64,000 nt of DNA from an uncultured archaeon (GTDB taxonomy: Archaea > Asgardarchaeota > Thorarchaeia > Thorarchaeales > Thorarchaeaceae). The stretch spans positions 160,001 through 224,000 of the forward strand of contig CAZLEV010000003.1 of NCBI GenBank assembly GCA_964558645.1. Direction: 5' to 3'. Under the pieces are notes generated by a model that saw only the letters and a list, made by a program, of their open reading frames with translations, did not search any database and was not told the DNA's origin. This document shows, piece by piece, positions 50,247 to 60,454 of this stretch (position 1 is the first letter of the stretch; each line of letters opens with the position of its first letter). The position numbers were made by a program, and so were the translations under genes.

Positions 50247-51731
50247 ATGAAACGGCTTCAAGTTCTGTTCTTGGTTCTGATGCTTGCAGTGATGCTTCCT
50301 TCCAGCTATTCCTCGGATGTGAGGACTGATATACCGGCAAGGCAAGTCATCGCCCAAGAAGACGTATTGATATCAGGTGTTCCATATGTGTGGCAGGAGA
50401 TCAACGGGTTTTGTGCGTGGGCCGCAACATCATCGGTCATGCAATATCATGGGGCAGATATCACGTTGCATGATCTCTTTGCCCTTTCCGGAATAGGGTT
50501 CTCCTTTGCATATATCCGGTACAATGACACACTCCTGATGTTTCCCGGGGCATTATACCAGCAGATTGATCCAGCAAATGTGGCCTGTGAGCTTGTTGGC
50601 CTGAACTACTCGGTATACTTCAATTCAGGAATCGAGGGGATAGACCAACAGGTTAGTCTCCTCAGGAGCTGGGGAATCGATGCTGGCTTGCTTGATGGAG
50701 AAAGCGAGGCATTCAGCTTCATGAAGAGCTCGATTGATGAGGGGAATCCATTGATTGTGAGTGTGGACCCCCTATGGCTGCCAGCCGAGGACTACAACTT
50801 CCTTAGAGAGAATGACCTGTCCGGTGGAGGACATGCTATCATAATTGCAGGTTACAATGATACCTCTGGAAGGGCAACGATACTGGATCCCGGGGTTGGT
50901 TCCTTCGGCGATAACTTTGGTTACCCTGTTGATGGTAGAGGTAACTATACCGAAATCAGCTATGCAAATCTCAATCTTGCGTGGTCTTCAAGGGAATACA
51001 TCTCGATTCTGATCAAACCGGGTGGCAGCACTCCTGAAAGACTATCTGAACAGCTGGGCCCATACATTCGCGACTGTCTTCTGGGAGTGGGAGACGTTTA
51101 CGCCCCGGGAAGCCCGAGTGCCTACCTTTGGAATTTCGGTGAAAAAGGTTTCCGGGCTCTTGCTCGCGATATCACACCAGACGGTCTCAGTGCTTATCTC
51201 AGCGTCTTTGATGGCATGACCAACGAGATATCATTCAAGGCCTCACTTCTGAAATTCATCAGCTTGGGTCTTGGCTCCGAGGTTACACTTCAGTATCTTG
51301 CCTATAGAGCAGCCCTTCAGAATGTTGCCCGCTTCTTCCCGGATACAGACATCTCCGCATTCTTGAATAAGGCCGATGATGCCCTTCCGCACTTCGAGGC
51401 ACTATCTGAGAACAAAACTCTTGTTCAGATTGGGAATCTATCTATTCATGACAGTCTGATATCCTCAACCTTCGGGGGTCTTGCTGACTTGTTCAACTCA
51501 TCTGGGGACCTCGAAGGAGTCCTTGAGACCTACCGGACCGAGCTGGAACAAATATCCTATCATCTCCTTGGCATTGCGGATGCGTGGCTTGATGCTGGGA
51601 ATGCTCTGGCTGAGGTCTGGCCGAGTAACCCGCTCATTGTATATGGGCCCTTCTTGGTCTTCGCCGTTTTGGGGGTCGCAGCTGTTGTAATCACTGTGGT
51701 GTACTTCATTCGTAGGTCAGACTCACAGTGA
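50247..51731 (+). CDS. Secreted C39-like (papain-fold) cysteine peptidase with C-terminal TM
   Basis: VPYVWQEINGFCAWAA (Q..C), GHAIIIAGYN..ILDPG (H, D); signal peptide; TM followed by RR. Confidence 0.82.
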   Translation: MKRLQVLFLVLMLAVMLPSSYSSDVRTDIPARQVIAQEDVLISGVPYVWQEINGFCAWAATSSVMQYHGADITLHDLFALSGIGFSFAYIRYNDTLLMFPGALYQQIDPANVACELVGLNYSVYFNSGIEGIDQQVSLLRSWGIDAGLLDGESEAFSFMKSSIDEGNPLIVSVDPLWLPAEDYNFLRENDLSGGGHAIIIAGYNDTSGRATILDPGVGSFGDNFGYPVDGRGNYTEISYANLNLAWSSREYISILIKPGGSTPERLSEQLGPYIRDCLLGVGDVYAPGSPSAYLWNFGEKGFRALARDITPDGLSAYLSVFDGMTNEISFKASLLKFISLGLGSEVTLQYLAYRAALQNVARFFPDTDISAFLNKADDALPHFEALSENKTLVQIGNLSIHDSLISSTFGGLADLFNSSGDLEGVLETYRTELEQISYHLLGIADAWLDAGNALAEVWPSNPLIVYGPFLVFAVLGVAAVVITVVYFIRRSDSQ

Positions 51732-51739
51732 TTATCGCT

Positions 51740-53884
51740 TCACTGCCTTCTCCTGAACGCCACGAATATGCCAACTGATGCGAAGGCGATTGCTACAGCC
51801 ACCGCAGACATAAGATAGTTGTCATTTTGGGTCTCGTTTGTTGTACGTTCATAGTGGCCTGACACAATCTCGGCGGTATTTCCCCAGATGTCCGTGGCAG
51901 TAATCACCCATTCTGTGGATGTAGCTGTTAACCGGGAAGGTATTGTTCCCAAGTATCCAAGCACTGTTTCATTCATAGCTGCCGATGATGTGAAATTCAG
52001 GTGTCCGACTCTATGCGTCCATTCAAGAGTAACGTTTTGGATGCGCGATCGGTCGTTGATATAGACTCGTATAACCACTCTTTCAGCTGGTATTGGATCG
52101 GCAGGATATTGGTTAATCCTGTTGAGTTCTGGAGGTTCGTTGTCAATGAGTGGGTAGTACCCCTCATTGACAGCTAGTGTCAGTAAGGAACCCGGAGTGA
52201 ACTCAGTGATTATGTATGGTCCGGATCCAACAGCATCCTCGATAGATGGATTCCAAATCGAAAGGTTCTGAGGTTCCCAAATATGTCTTGGAAGAATCGG
52301 CAACTGAGAATAAGACCTGTAGTAGAACGGATTGAGACTATCAACCGTTATTCCTGCCATGAACTCTCCAGTTGTCTTGAGTCCTGATGTCAGATTCGCA
52401 TACTCAATCTTTGACTGATTCACTAACAGATTGTAGGTAAAACGATAATCCTCGCTATCCAGATTGAGGCCATCGGTCCAGTTAGCATTTGGGTCGCAGT
52501 AGAACCTAACGCGCGTCTGGTCTGGCCTGATATCAGATATGGTGCCGCGGTATAATACATCCCATGAAGTGGAGGCTCTAGGCACGTACTCTCTCTCGGG
52601 TGATAACGCAACAGCAGTGTCATATACCAGAAGATAGGGGTTGAATTGCTCTGAAACCGCCCAATCGTGGTCAAGAGTATCAGTGGAGTCTAACGGGTTA
52701 GGCGTCTTGAAGAACTCAGTGAAGTACTTGGGTAGCACTGCGACTCGGAGGGTGTTGTCACTATCGGGTTTCGCTGTGACTGTTGCTGCCGTCCAGACCC
52801 CAAAGGCACCACCATTCCAGTCATCAGGCCAGTTGTCGAAATTCGCGGTGCTATACGCCGAGAGCCATCGATAGTTGAAGAGGGGGATGACTGGGCATCT
52901 ATCTCTGATTACTCTCATGCCGTCCATCACTGCAGTCTGCCTGGTCTTGAGTGAGAACGAGTCTTCATACTGGAAGACAGCATTGTTTACCTCGCTGTCA
53001 GCTATCTGTGCCATGTTCTCTCCTAATTCATTTCTCCTTGATGAATGGAAAGTTGTGAGGCCCCATTGTGGGTTGCTCATGGTGAAATCTACTGTGGTGA
53101 TTGCCATATCGTAGGTGAGATTATGGGCTCCCAGTCCGCTCTGAATGATTGTATTCAACTCAGGTTCGATCGTGCAGTTGATTCCGACGGAATGAAGGTT
53201 GGAATGGATTATTCCTGCAGCAGAAGCCATTCCCTGAACATCAGCAGGGTATGTCAGCCTCAGAGAGAAATCGCTGCCATTCGGGGCTTCCACATATCCA
53301 TCATCATCAACATCTAGCATGTCTCCTTGGCCCAACACCCATCGGGCTGCATTCACATCAGAATTGTAAAAATGCCCGCCCTCCTCTCTTTCTACTGAGA
53401 GAGGGTCTCCAAGAAAAATGGGTAAGTCTACAGGATCAACTTGGTTGTTGAAAGAGAAATCTGCAATCGCTGTCTTGTTGATAGCATATGCAATTGCCTG
53501 CCTCAAATGATAGGAGCTCAAGGGATATGTCTTGGCATTCAGTGAAAGCCAGCACTGTTGTCTGTCATGGGCCCACTGCTTAACGACATTCGTCAAACCG
53601 TCCAGAATTGAGTAGTCCGCGGCTTCGATTCTATGTCCGAACAAGTCCGCCTCTCCTTCGTTGATTGCCTGTAGGGCATCAAGCATTGTGGAGTATTCGA
53701 TGACTTGGATTTGTTCCAGTGTGCCTATACTATAGATAGGATACTCGGTGTTCTCACTCGTGACAAATCGTGTTTCAATGTCTTGGAGCGATTCGGTATT
53801 GGTTTCGTTTATGACCGGCGAGAGAAGTGTGACAATCATAGTGACCAATGCAAGAACCAAGGTCGTCGTGCGTCGTCGGTTCAT
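51740..53884 (-). CDS. Family-5 (OppA/DppA-type) extracellular solute-binding protein, circularly permuted, C-terminally anchored
   Basis: LRQAIAYAINK and PVIPLF precede WTDG..DSEDYRFTY, PILPRHIW and GSGPY. Confidence 0.85.
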   Translation of the reverse strand: MNRRRTTTLVLALVTMIVTLLSPVINETNTESLQDIETRFVTSENTEYPIYSIGTLEQIQVIEYSTMLDALQAINEGEADLFGHRIEAADYSILDGLTNVVKQWAHDRQQCWLSLNAKTYPLSSYHLRQAIAYAINKTAIADFSFNNQVDPVDLPIFLGDPLSVEREEGGHFYNSDVNAARWVLGQGDMLDVDDDGYVEAPNGSDFSLRLTYPADVQGMASAAGIIHSNLHSVGINCTIEPELNTIIQSGLGAHNLTYDMAITTVDFTMSNPQWGLTTFHSSRRNELGENMAQIADSEVNNAVFQYEDSFSLKTRQTAVMDGMRVIRDRCPVIPLFNYRWLSAYSTANFDNWPDDWNGGAFGVWTAATVTAKPDSDNTLRVAVLPKYFTEFFKTPNPLDSTDTLDHDWAVSEQFNPYLLVYDTAVALSPEREYVPRASTSWDVLYRGTISDIRPDQTRVRFYCDPNANWTDGLNLDSEDYRFTYNLLVNQSKIEYANLTSGLKTTGEFMAGITVDSLNPFYYRSYSQLPILPRHIWEPQNLSIWNPSIEDAVGSGPYIITEFTPGSLLTLAVNEGYYPLIDNEPPELNRINQYPADPIPAERVVIRVYINDRSRIQNVTLEWTHRVGHLNFTSSAAMNETVLGYLGTIPSRLTATSTEWVITATDIWGNTAEIVSGHYERTTNETQNDNYLMSAVAVAIAFASVGIFVAFRRRQ

Positions 53885-53991
53885 TCAAAGGGTCTCTCCG
53901 TAGCAAAGTCCAAGCCCAAGACGGCTTGCCCTCTGTTGCATTGCCGTGGCAAAATAAGAGTATGGATAGACGCTTGTGTTTTCTTGATTCT

Positions 53992-56091
53992 TCAGGTGAT
54001 TCGAAGCAGCTCTCTCATTTTCTCGATGCCATGGGTTGGCAGTTTGCAATTATGGTCGATGCAGACGTGGACTGTCGGCTTTCCATCGACTTCGTTGTAG
54101 AATCGAGCATAGGGGGCCATCCTATCTATCTCCTTGATTTGTTTCTGGTTCCCTTTCAGAATGACAACAGATTGGGGCAGATAGGCATTGCGAATGACTT
54201 GTATCATGTCCAAGGTCCGGTCGTCGTCTGGTTCTCCTGCGATGACGACCTCTAATGACTGCCCGGTCATATATTGCAGAGCGGCCATCATCATTGAGTG
54301 ACCTGCAGGTGCAGCTTCAAGGTTGGAGGCAAATGCCTCAAAGACTCCTTCTGCGTAGCTTTCGAATTCCGTGCTACCAGTAAGTCGCGATAATCTGATT
54401 AGGTTGAAAGCCGCGATGGAATTGCCTGAAGGGATGGCCCCGTCGTATGCATTCTTCTCTCGTGTGATGAGCTCTTCGGAGTTCTTTCCAGTGAAGTAGA
54501 ATCCACCGGCTTTCTGGTCCCAGAACTCTTCAATGGTGATCTCTTGTAGACGGATGGCTTCCTTCAGGTAGTCTGGGTCAAATGTCGTCTGATAGAGCTC
54601 AATAAGGGCCCAAGTAAAGAAGACATAGTCGTCGAGAAAGCCAGCAATGCCAGCTTCTCCGTGTCGATAACGATGCAGTAATATTCCCTCCCGTTGCAGA
54701 TGCGAGAGGACGAATTCCGTGGCTTCAGTGGCGAGAGAGGTATACTGCTCGTCAATGAATCGTCCTGCCATGGCCAGAGCCGCTATCATGAGAGCATTCC
54801 AGTCTGTGAGGATCTTGTCGTCAAGGTGTGGCTTAATCCTCTCTTCTCGAGCCTTGAACAGCGTGGATAGTGCGCCGTGTAGAATCTGAGTGACCTCTTC
54901 AGGAGGTTTGGACAAAATCTCTGCAATCCCATCAATCCCACGTGAAAGATGTGGAATATTCCTGCCTGTATTCTTACCAGTGGATTCATCCTTGAAGTTA
55001 CCATCTGGCCTGATGCTGTATGCCTCAACGAAGACTCTCATTTGCTCTGGCTCCAAGAGCGACTCAATCTCTTCATATTCCCAGACATAGAATCTGCCTT
55101 CCTCTCCTTCAGAGTCGGCATCCTGAGCAGAGAAAAAGCCTCCTCTTTCATCTCTGAGCTCTCTACTGACATAGTCTGTAATTTCGTTCACGACGTCAGC
55201 ATACTCTCGTTTTCCAGTGGCCACGTATGTTTCCACATAAGCTATCATCATCATAGCTTGGTCATAGAGCATCTTCTCAAAATGAGGTACAAGCCATTCG
55301 TTATCGGTAGAATAGCGGTGAAATCCCTTTCCAACTTGGTCAAAGATGCCTCCTCTCCGCATCTCTTGGAGAGTCTTTTCGGCCATCTCCAGCGCATTAG
55401 GTTCTTCTGTGTTCTTCCAGTGTCTAAGAAGCAAGAGCATGTTGTGGGGCGATGGGAATTTGGGGGCTCTTCCGAATCCACCTCTCTCATCATCGTATCG
55501 TCTACCGAGAGCTGATACAGCCTGAGTTACTAGCCGTTCACTGGGCAGAGAACCCCCGCTTGTTTGCAGGTCTCGTTGGAGAGCTGACTTGATTCTGGCA
55601 ACGACCTCTTGGATATTGCTCTGATCCTTGTCCCATAGTTCCTTGATTTTCGGTATGAGTGATGATAGTCCAATCTGACCATATCGGCTGTTCTTCGGGA
55701 TGTATGTTCCTGCGAAGAAGGGCTCCTTGTCCGGCGTCATGATGATCGTAAGAGGCCAACCACCTCTCCCCGTCATCATCTGGGCTACTTTCATGTATGC
55801 CTTGTCGATATCTGGCCTCTCTTCTCGGTCGACCTTGATATTGACGAAGGCTTCATTCATGAGGCTAGCAATATCATCATCTTCGAATGACTCGTGAGCC
55901 ATTACGTGACACCAATGGCAAGTTGAGTAACCTATTGACAAGAAGATTGGCTTGCTGTCTCTTCGCGCCTGCTCGAAGGCCTCCTCTGACCATGGATACC
56001 AATCTACTGGGTTATCTGCATGTTGAAGAAGATAAGGACTGTTCTCCTCAGCCAAGCGGTTTCCGGATTCAGATTCTCTCTCTGAGGACAT
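53992..56091 (-). CDS. yyaL: Thioredoxin-domain protein of the YyaL/SSP411 (DUF255) family
   Basis: [65 protein letters not shown]. Confidence 0.95.
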   Translation of the reverse strand: MSSERESESGNRLAEENSPYLLQHADNPVDWYPWSEEAFEQARRDSKPIFLSIGYSTCHWCHVMAHESFEDDDIASLMNEAFVNIKVDREERPDIDKAYMKVAQMMTGRGGWPLTIIMTPDKEPFFAGTYIPKNSRYGQIGLSSLIPKIKELWDKDQSNIQEVVARIKSALQRDLQTSGGSLPSERLVTQAVSALGRRYDDERGGFGRAPKFPSPHNMLLLLRHWKNTEEPNALEMAEKTLQEMRRGGIFDQVGKGFHRYSTDNEWLVPHFEKMLYDQAMMMIAYVETYVATGKREYADVVNEITDYVSRELRDERGGFFSAQDADSEGEEGRFYVWEYEEIESLLEPEQMRVFVEAYSIRPDGNFKDESTGKNTGRNIPHLSRGIDGIAEILSKPPEEVTQILHGALSTLFKAREERIKPHLDDKILTDWNALMIAALAMAGRFIDEQYTSLATEATEFVLSHLQREGILLHRYRHGEAGIAGFLDDYVFFTWALIELYQTTFDPDYLKEAIRLQEITIEEFWDQKAGGFYFTGKNSEELITREKNAYDGAIPSGNSIAAFNLIRLSRLTGSTEFESYAEGVFEAFASNLEAAPAGHSMMMAALQYMTGQSLEVVIAGEPDDDRTLDMIQVIRNAYLPQSVVILKGNQKQIKEIDRMAPYARFYNEVDGKPTVHVCIDHNCKLPTHGIEKMRELLRIT

Positions 56092-56220
56092 GTTTACTCA
56101 TGCCTATCCAATAACAATAGTTAATCAATCTTTCGCTGCCTAAGTGTGCAACAGTTTGGAACATTCGATGACAGTCTTGTGAGAAACAGAGATCAAGCAG
56201 ATAACTAGCTGGGTCAACTG

Positions 56221-56251
56221 ATGGAATCACATTACGATTCCATGGAATCAC
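56221..56251. promoter_or_regulatory. Compound repeat or palindrome, candidate operator upstream of the yyaL-like gene
   Basis: Perfect palindrome GATTCCATGGAATC (56236-56249) plus a third ATGGAATCAC half-site at 56221. Confidence 0.45.
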
Positions 56252-56391
56252 TTGAGCAAGAGCAAGTCATGACGGCATGGATGCGGCAGAATTGCCACTG
56301 TATCGACGGACAACTCTCTTGTGCACCAGATTGTGCAAGTCAAAATGAACATTTCAAAAGGGATGACTAGACGACAATTGTCAGGACGAAA

Positions 56392-56411
56392 GTGATCCCC
56401 GAAGGGATCAC
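56392..56411 (-). terminator. Hairpin 3' of the membrane-protein gene
   Basis: gtgatccc-cgaa-gggatcac; on the transcript the loop reads C(UUCG)G. Confidence 0.65.
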
Positions 56412-56434
56412 CTCGAAAGATCTGAAATCTACGA

Positions 56435-56827
56435 CTAATCGGATGTAGTTCTGACCCGCACTTCTGCTGAGCTTCTCACCGCTTGACGCCAGGTTCTGAA
56501 ACTACCCCACATGACTGGAATGGTTGCGGCTAGAAGCAGAATCAGGATAAGTAGGGTATTTACAATGGGTGTCTGTGTGCTAGGCATTCCCGGTCCTGCG
56601 AGTTGGTCTAGCCACCAGCCATGAAGCACCATGAGAGTGGAAGGAATCGTCAGAATCGTTAGAATGAAAAAGGTGAGGAAGCCTCGCCGCGGACTAGCCT
56701 GAATGAATCTAGCGAACACTCCAAGATGTCTGTGTTTCTGCCATTTCGATCCTTCCTGAACGATGAAGAAGATGAGGAAGAGCACAAGCAATAGGATCAA
56801 TGGAACCAATGTAATCTCGAACCACAA
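56435..56827 (-). CDS. Hypothetical 3-TM membrane protein
   Basis: Three hydrophobic helices; TTG start with GGGAG upstream. Confidence 0.78.
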   Translation of the reverse strand: MWFEITLVPLILLLVLFLIFFIVQEGSKWQKHRHLGVFARFIQASPRRGFLTFFILTILTIPSTLMVLHGWWLDQLAGPGMPSTQTPIVNTLLILILLLAATIPVMWGSFRTWRQAVRSSAEVRVRTTSD

Positions 56828-56989
56828 TTTGGTCTGTCTCCCTTAGGGTCTTATGAGCAGACCGCATAGCATTGAGGATTTAAAGGCTATGGTCAACGAA
56901 TCCTGGGATATGACAAGAAGCAGATTTAAGCAGAAGTATGTTTCTTGTGTATCACCGAGGATTCTATTCAGTGATCAGAGGTGTTTGAG

Positions 56990-57361
56990 ATGGAAGAATC
57001 AGCTACGTCAATCGGCCTGAAGAAATATCTACGAGTATTCCCAATATTTGGACTGCTCTTCTACTACATCGGAGGGCTAGTCACAAGTCTTGATGTCTCT
57101 GAATCTACGGTATTCATCATCCAGACCGTGGCATTCAGCATAGTCCTCTTGGTTGGGCTATTCATTCTTGACATACGTCTTGTCATCGTGGGTGCTTTTC
57201 TCGCCCTAATTGGGACAGCATGGTCAGTGTTCTACTTGATTCAAAGTCTGAGTCAAGGACTGATTGGTTTCCGTGCGGTTGGTGGTGCATTCAATATTGT
57301 GGCTGACTTTTTCTTCGTGTTGACAGTATACACCTGGATCAAAGCCTCGCCACAGGTGTAG
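56990..57361 (+). CDS. Hypothetical 4-TM membrane protein
   Basis: Hydrophobic helices; AGAGGTG plus 6 nt before the ATG at 56990 (track start 56981). Confidence 0.75.
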   Translation: MEESATSIGLKKYLRVFPIFGLLFYYIGGLVTSLDVSESTVFIIQTVAFSIVLLVGLFILDIRLVIVGAFLALIGTAWSVFYLIQSLSQGLIGFRAVGGAFNIVADFFFVLTVYTWIKASPQV

Positions 57362-57406
57362 CTTGTTCAGGCAATTCTCTTACAGGTGTGTCTGTTCTTG
57401 GATGGC

Positions 57407-58480
57407 CTAGTCTATGTGACATTTCAGCATCTCTTTGCCGAATACTTCAGGGCCCAAACATCTGTTACATCGTATGCATGATGCACTCGTCAGTCCCTTT
57501 CTCAAGTCACGGATAAGACTAGGATTACGAATGAAAGGACGACTCATGCTCACCATATCACACAAGTCGCTTTCGATGACATATGTCATGGTTTCCAGCG
57601 ATTTGAAGCCGTTGACAAGTGCCATCAGACTTGGCTTTGTTTTGGCCCGGATTCTGGCGGCGTGTCCTGCAAAAGGTAGGTCTCTTAGAGCAGGATCACC
57701 GTGATTGGCTCTCGACTTGAGCTTCTCTTGACGACCCACTCCACCTCCACTGATTTCTAACAGGTCAATCCCCTTCTCCAGCATTCGCTGGGCGGCAACT
57801 ATACTATCCTCAATTGTAAATCCGTTGGGACTGAAATCGTCACAGTTCAATTTCAGCAAGACTGGCGTACTGCCAACATTGTATCGAATTTCATCGTAAA
57901 CTGCTTCCAAAAGGGCCATTCGACTCCTAAGGCTGCCCCCCCATTTGTCGCTGCGTCGGTTTACAAGCCTGCTGAGGAATTGGCTGATCAGGTAGCCGTG
58001 AGCTGCGTGGACCTGTACTCCATCGAATCCTGCACTCATTGCTCTTTGTGCAGCATCACCAAAGGCCGTTATGATACTCTGGATTTCGTCTTCTGACATT
58101 GCTCGAGAACGCCAGCCTTCCCCTATGTACTCGCTCGGGCCGATGCGATTTGGCTTGTGCTGGATTCCGGCATGGTTGAGCTGAGCCACTACGCTCCCTC
58201 CATGTTCATGAACAGCCTCTGCGATACATCTGAGCCCTGGTATGTGTTTGTCGTCACTGATTCCTGCCATCCCCTGATGGGCCTTGCCGCTTCTTTGTAC
58301 ATACAAGTGGCCAGTCACGATAAGGCCTACTTCTCCCCTTGCCAGGTCACGGTATAAGTCAACTATAGGTTGCCTTACAGTCCCGTCCTTCTGCGCGTAT
58401 GCGGACGTTGTGGCACTTCTCATGAAGCGATTCTTGATTCTAATCTTCCCAACTTCCAGAGGTTCAAAGAGAGAGTCCAT
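57407..58480 (-). CDS. NADH:flavin oxidoreductase, Old Yellow Enzyme family
   Basis: LFEPLEVG..IKNRFMRSAT, AQLNHAG, AGFDGVQVHAAHGYLISQFLS, C-terminal CIRCNRC. Confidence 0.95.
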   Translation of the reverse strand: MDSLFEPLEVGKIRIKNRFMRSATTSAYAQKDGTVRQPIVDLYRDLARGEVGLIVTGHLYVQRSGKAHQGMAGISDDKHIPGLRCIAEAVHEHGGSVVAQLNHAGIQHKPNRIGPSEYIGEGWRSRAMSEDEIQSIITAFGDAAQRAMSAGFDGVQVHAAHGYLISQFLSRLVNRRSDKWGGSLRSRMALLEAVYDEIRYNVGSTPVLLKLNCDDFSPNGFTIEDSIVAAQRMLEKGIDLLEISGGGVGRQEKLKSRANHGDPALRDLPFAGHAARIRAKTKPSLMALVNGFKSLETMTYVIESDLCDMVSMSRPFIRNPSLIRDLRKGLTSASCIRCNRCLGPEVFGKEMLKCHID

Positions 58481-58675
58481 AGCTGAAGGTAGGTGATTGT
58501 CTATACAAGAATATCGTTGTCGCTAAAATGGACTAGGCTCAAAGCTGGTTCAAACACCTCTCGATTGTGCATCACTAAACCGAATGAGCAGAGTCCTCAG
58601 GTAATCTCTGAGAGATGAACTTGCGTCTTTCTGAACAGAGTACTAACTGTTCAAGCTGAGTCGAAACGAACATGT

Positions 58676-60367
58676 CTAGTAGTATATCGCTTTGAACTTG
58701 AACTGGTTCTCAAACATCTTCTCAAGCTCTCTGAGAGTTGTTGCATCTTCTGGCCCCTTGTCATATCTGATTGCAGTGATGCGGGCGAATCGGAGGGCCA
58801 TGCCAGACCTATACTTGGGACTCTTCTGAATCTCCGATGCAAGCACCTCAACCACAATCTCAGGCCTCACCCTGACAAGCTTCGACCCGGATTCTATTGC
58901 GATTTCCTGGAGTCTTCTCGTGATTTCTAGGAACTCCTGATCGCTGAGGCCCTTGAATGTCTTTCCAACCATCTCGAAAGAACCGGTTTCTTCATTACGG
59001 ACGGCAAGGTGATAGTCTGATAGCCACCTGTGCCTCCTTCCGTGTCCCCATTCAGCAGCGATTATGACAAGGTCAAGGGGATCGAGGATGTGCTTGACCT
59101 TGAACCAGTTTTTTCCTCTAGTCCCTGGAACATACCCCGAGCTGGTTCTCTTCACCATCACGCCCTCATGGCCCAGACGCTTGCTTCTCTCGAAGAACTT
59201 CGTGGCTGCTGCAAGATTGTCGGTTTCCAGTGTTTCGATTTGCAGCTTCAGCGGTAACACGGCCTCGAGAGTCTGTCTCCGCTCTGTGTACGGGAGATGC
59301 ACAAGATCTCTTCCATCGAGATAGAGTATGTCGAAGATGAAAGGCCTAAGTGTGATGTTCTTCGATTTCTTTTCGGTGTCCGAAGTGCTGCCATACCTTC
59401 TCATAACAACTTGAAAGGGGTAGGGTCGTCCATCTCCATTCAGAGCGATGACCTCCCCGTCTAGAATAGCCGAAGATACACTGAGGTTCTGTCTGATTTC
59501 CTCCTCCACCTCGGGCATGCTCTCTGTAACATCAGACAGTCGCCGAGAGTAGATTCTTATCATCCCATCCTGCTTATGTACTTGGATACGTGCTCCGTCG
59601 AGTTTGAACTCGAGAGCTGTTTTGCCCTCAATATCATTCAATGCTCTTTCTAGATCATCTGCCGCTGTAGCCAGCATTGGCTTGACAGGTCTGAACATCT
59701 CTATCTTGATTTCCCGCAATCCCTTATCCCCAAGACTAGTTGCAGTTTCTGCGACGGTATGGATATCTCCTGAGTAGTGCCATGCTCTTCGAGTCAGGTC
59801 CGGGTCCGTTTGGAAGGCCTTTGCGATAGCGTCAATCACAAGCCCTTCTGACATGCCGGTACGAAGGTCCCCGAGAATGATTGCAGCAAGATATCTCCCC
59901 TCTAATGGTGTGGCATCTCTGAAGAGGCCTGCAAGTATAGCCTCCCGCTCACGTTTAGAGCCGGGTCCTTCGGCTTGAGCAATTGCGTCGAATGCAGTCC
60001 TAACTCGGTCGATTGTGAGTTGCTCAGCGAGGAGACCTGACTGGCGGGCATATTCGTTGGAGCTGAGGAGGTGTTGAATCGCCTCTCCTGCGTCTCCGCC
60101 GTATGCCTTCTCCATGTCCTGTTCATCGAACTGGACGACTTTGTGTAGTGCATCCTTCAGTGTAGACCACGAGGTCTTCAGTGTTCTACTATCTCGTTCT
60201 GAAAAGCCCTTTCCTGAAAGAAAGAGAGTGGCTGTTCCAATCTCAGACTTCTCCAGTTTCTTGAGAAGACCTGCCGCTAGTGAAGTCTTCTCGAGCCGGC
60301 TTGTCACCCGGGTAATACTCTGGAGTGTATCTGCCAGTTCTTGGAACAGAGTCATATCATACACCAT
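58676..60367 (-). CDS. lig: ATP-dependent DNA ligase (DNA-binding, adenylation and OB domains)
   Basis: EFKLDGARIQVH (motif I), LDGEV, FDILY, EGVMVK, WFKVK, LRFARI..RYDK. The true start may be the ATG at 60355. Confidence 0.96.
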   Translation of the reverse strand: MVYDMTLFQELADTLQSITRVTSRLEKTSLAAGLLKKLEKSEIGTATLFLSGKGFSERDSRTLKTSWSTLKDALHKVVQFDEQDMEKAYGGDAGEAIQHLLSSNEYARQSGLLAEQLTIDRVRTAFDAIAQAEGPGSKREREAILAGLFRDATPLEGRYLAAIILGDLRTGMSEGLVIDAIAKAFQTDPDLTRRAWHYSGDIHTVAETATSLGDKGLREIKIEMFRPVKPMLATAADDLERALNDIEGKTALEFKLDGARIQVHKQDGMIRIYSRRLSDVTESMPEVEEEIRQNLSVSSAILDGEVIALNGDGRPYPFQVVMRRYGSTSDTEKKSKNITLRPFIFDILYLDGRDLVHLPYTERRQTLEAVLPLKLQIETLETDNLAAATKFFERSKRLGHEGVMVKRTSSGYVPGTRGKNWFKVKHILDPLDLVIIAAEWGHGRRHRWLSDYHLAVRNEETGSFEMVGKTFKGLSDQEFLEITRRLQEIAIESGSKLVRVRPEIVVEVLASEIQKSPKYRSGMALRFARITAIRYDKGPEDATTLRELEKMFENQFKFKAIYY

Positions 60368-60454
60368 CTACGTCTTGGAAGTATCTTCTTTTGCAGGAAT
60401 ACCCAGTACATAATGCCTATATTTGAACCCGTCATGTCATTCACGTGAAAAAGG

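Noticed and set aside
26087-53884. Archaeosortase-type sorting signal on the C-terminally anchored proteins
   Set aside because: TM and basic tails are present, but no conserved motif such as PGF precedes the helices.
58540-58565. ggttcaaacacc as a tRNA T-arm
   Set aside because: No acceptor stem, D-arm or anticodon arm could be folded around it.
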